Virus record (IMG/VR): IMGVR_UViG_2588253904_000003
Location: 12,061-76,060 of that record
Reading direction: 5' to 3' (one strand)
Length of the DNA stretch: 64,000 nt
Source: a virus
Lineage: Duplodnaviria > Caudoviricetes
In this document: piece after piece, positions 62,392 to 64,000 of the stretch
Position numbering within the stretch: the first letter of the stretch is position 1
How the letters are laid out: the number at the start of each line of letters is the position of its first letter
Made by a program: the position numbers and the translations under genes
Notes under the pieces: model-generated
Seen by the model: only the letters and a program-made list of their open reading frames with translations
What the model was told of the DNA's origin: nothing
Database searches by the model: none

Positions 62392-62758
62392 CCGCAGAAG
62401 GCTTTACTACTTTTTTACTACTTTTGAGAGGGAAAACCTGAAAAGTTATGAGGGTATATGTGAACTTCTCCCCATATCTAAGATGCCGGAAAAGCCCAAA
62501 AATACGGGCTATACCGATATATAAGAACTTCTAAAGAGATAATCTAAAATCACCTATAATTTTATATAAATATCTTTGATATTTTACTGTGTTATGTTAA
62601 AGTAAGCTCCGTATAAATCAGCAAAATAGGGAAAATTGTAGCTGTATATCCTGCTGTTCTATATGGAATTTGTTTTGATCCAACCTGTATACAGGTAACT
62701 TTTATTGAAGAAATAAAGGGTTGAATTTACTTTTGCATTAGGCCAATAATATTTTAAC

Positions 62759-63061
62759 TTATAGCTGCTTGACATTCGTAACTTCAATATATACAGGAAC
62801 CGCAGACCAATTTCCACCAACACCATTTAACTTGCGCACAGTAGATTTACTTTTTAGTCTAAAATTCTCAAAAATAAATTTAACTTCCATCAAAGAATCT
62901 GCATACTTTGAATTGCCTGTATTTAATTGTGTTACTTGAATTACAGTAAATTCAAAATTCCCACTACTAAAAGGGAATACTGTATCAGCACCTGGCTTTC
63001 TGTATCCTGGCTTCCCGTCAGCAGTTTCACCGAAGGAATAGCCTCCTAAATTATTATTTAA
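62759..63061 (-). other. Silent shufflon cassette D (100 aa: LNNNLGGYSFGETADGKPGYRKPGADTVFPF...; not in ORF track)
   Basis: Inverted repeat A4 at 63046-63060; 62964-63060 matches 52662-52758 at 90/97 nt. Confidence 0.8.
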
Positions 63062-63214
63062 TTTACTAAAATCATAATTATGCCTCTTGGCAGGCTTCCG
63101 TAGGAAAAATTTAGGAACTCTAATACTATAAGAGCTCCTTTTGAAATGCTTTTAATTAAAAATTAGTCAAATATCCACACATGCATTATCATTTATTTCC
63201 GGAAAATGCTTGAC

Positions 63215-64000
63215 TCAATCCTTTAACTTAAATATTCTTTCCGTGTTCTTTCTGGCATTCTCCACTAATACCTCTTCTGCAACCTTCATATATTTTGCTA
63301 AATCTTTAACCACATATTTAATATTCTGGGGTACATTTGTCCTGTCAAGACCAGGAACGTTTTTAGGCGTCAGATAAGGTGCATCAGTCTCCACCAGAAT
63401 CCGATCCAGAGGAATCAATCGTACAGCTTCCCTCAATTCTTTCCCACGTCGTTCATCACAAATCCATCCGGTAATTCCGATTGAGAAGCCCATTGACAAA
63501 TATCTGTCCAATGTTGCCTTATCTCCAGTAAAGCAATGTACAACAGATTTTTTACAAATATCAGGATGCTTTTTGAACCTCTTTATAAAATCATCTGCTG
63601 CACTCCTCTCATGCAAAAATAATGGCTTATCTAATTTCTCTGCAAGAACAATATGTTTTTCCAGACATCTTACCTGATTTTCTTTTGTAGAAAACATTCT
63701 ATCATAGTCTAAACCACATTCCCCAACTGCAACTATCTTATTATTTTCAGATAAAATTTTCTCAATTTTTTGAAAGTCTTCCTGCTTTGCCTGGTCCGCA
63801 TTATGAGGATGTATTCCTGCGGTTCCAAAAACTTCATGTCTTTTTACAAATTCATCAATTTTACTATTTTCTTTTGAATCTGTTCCAGTTAAAATACAAC
63901 ATACTCCACTATCTGCTGCATCCTTAATTATTTTTTCAGGTTCCGGAAATTGCCTGCAAAATAAATTTAATCCTATATCATAATATTTTGTATCATGCAT
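63215..64000 (-). CDS. tatD: TatD family deoxyribonuclease
   Basis: GIHPH, VGECGLDY, LHER, HCFTG, ETDAPY. Confidence 0.92.
   Translation of the reverse strand: MHDTKYYDIGLNLFCRQFPEPEKIIKDAADSGVCCILTGTDSKENSKIDEFVKRHEVFGTAGIHPHNADQAKQEDFQKIEKILSENNKIVAVGECGLDYDRMFSTKENQVRCLEKHIVLAEKLDKPLFLHERSAADDFIKRFKKHPDICKKSVVHCFTGDKATLDRYLSMGFSIGITGWICDERRGKELREAVRLIPLDRILVETDAPYLTPKNVPGLDRTNVPQNIKYVVKDLAKYMKVAEEVLVENARKNTERIFKLKD

Larger units (their letters stand above)
54249..62563. mobile_element. Integrative mobilizable element (~8.3 kb), Tn916-type integrase
   Basis: int/xis/rep/FtsK genes; arm-like TACTAC repeats near both ends (54324-54341, 62405-62422); joining the T-runs restores the cassette C ending. 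Exact ends approximate. Confidence 0.8.

Overview
Firmicutes (Lachnospiraceae-like, inferred from gene families) window with three nested mobile layers. (1) An outer + strand phage-tail locus (~1-63060) has a tape-measure-like gene and tail/baseplate genes. It ends in a tyrosine-recombinase shufflon that can swap four alternative C-termini onto one small tail-fibre-like gene, through 15-bp TAAATAATAATTTAG repeats and probably a second nested GGTGCTGATWCAGT repeat. (2) A ~41.1 kb siphovirus-type prophage (4439-45566, large serine recombinase) sits in a TCA core inside that tape-measure gene, and precise excision restores the reading frame. It carries a diversity-generating retroelement (DGR) with one TR and two target genes ~24 kb apart. 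Its RT is interrupted by an in-frame TGA at a likely Trp codon. (3) An ~8.3 kb integrative mobilizable element (IME: Tn916-type Int/Xis, HUH Rep+SF3 helicase, FtsK-type coupling protein) is inserted into the last codons of one shufflon cassette. Host tatD closes the window. All alignments were done by eye and family names come from motif recognition, not database searches.
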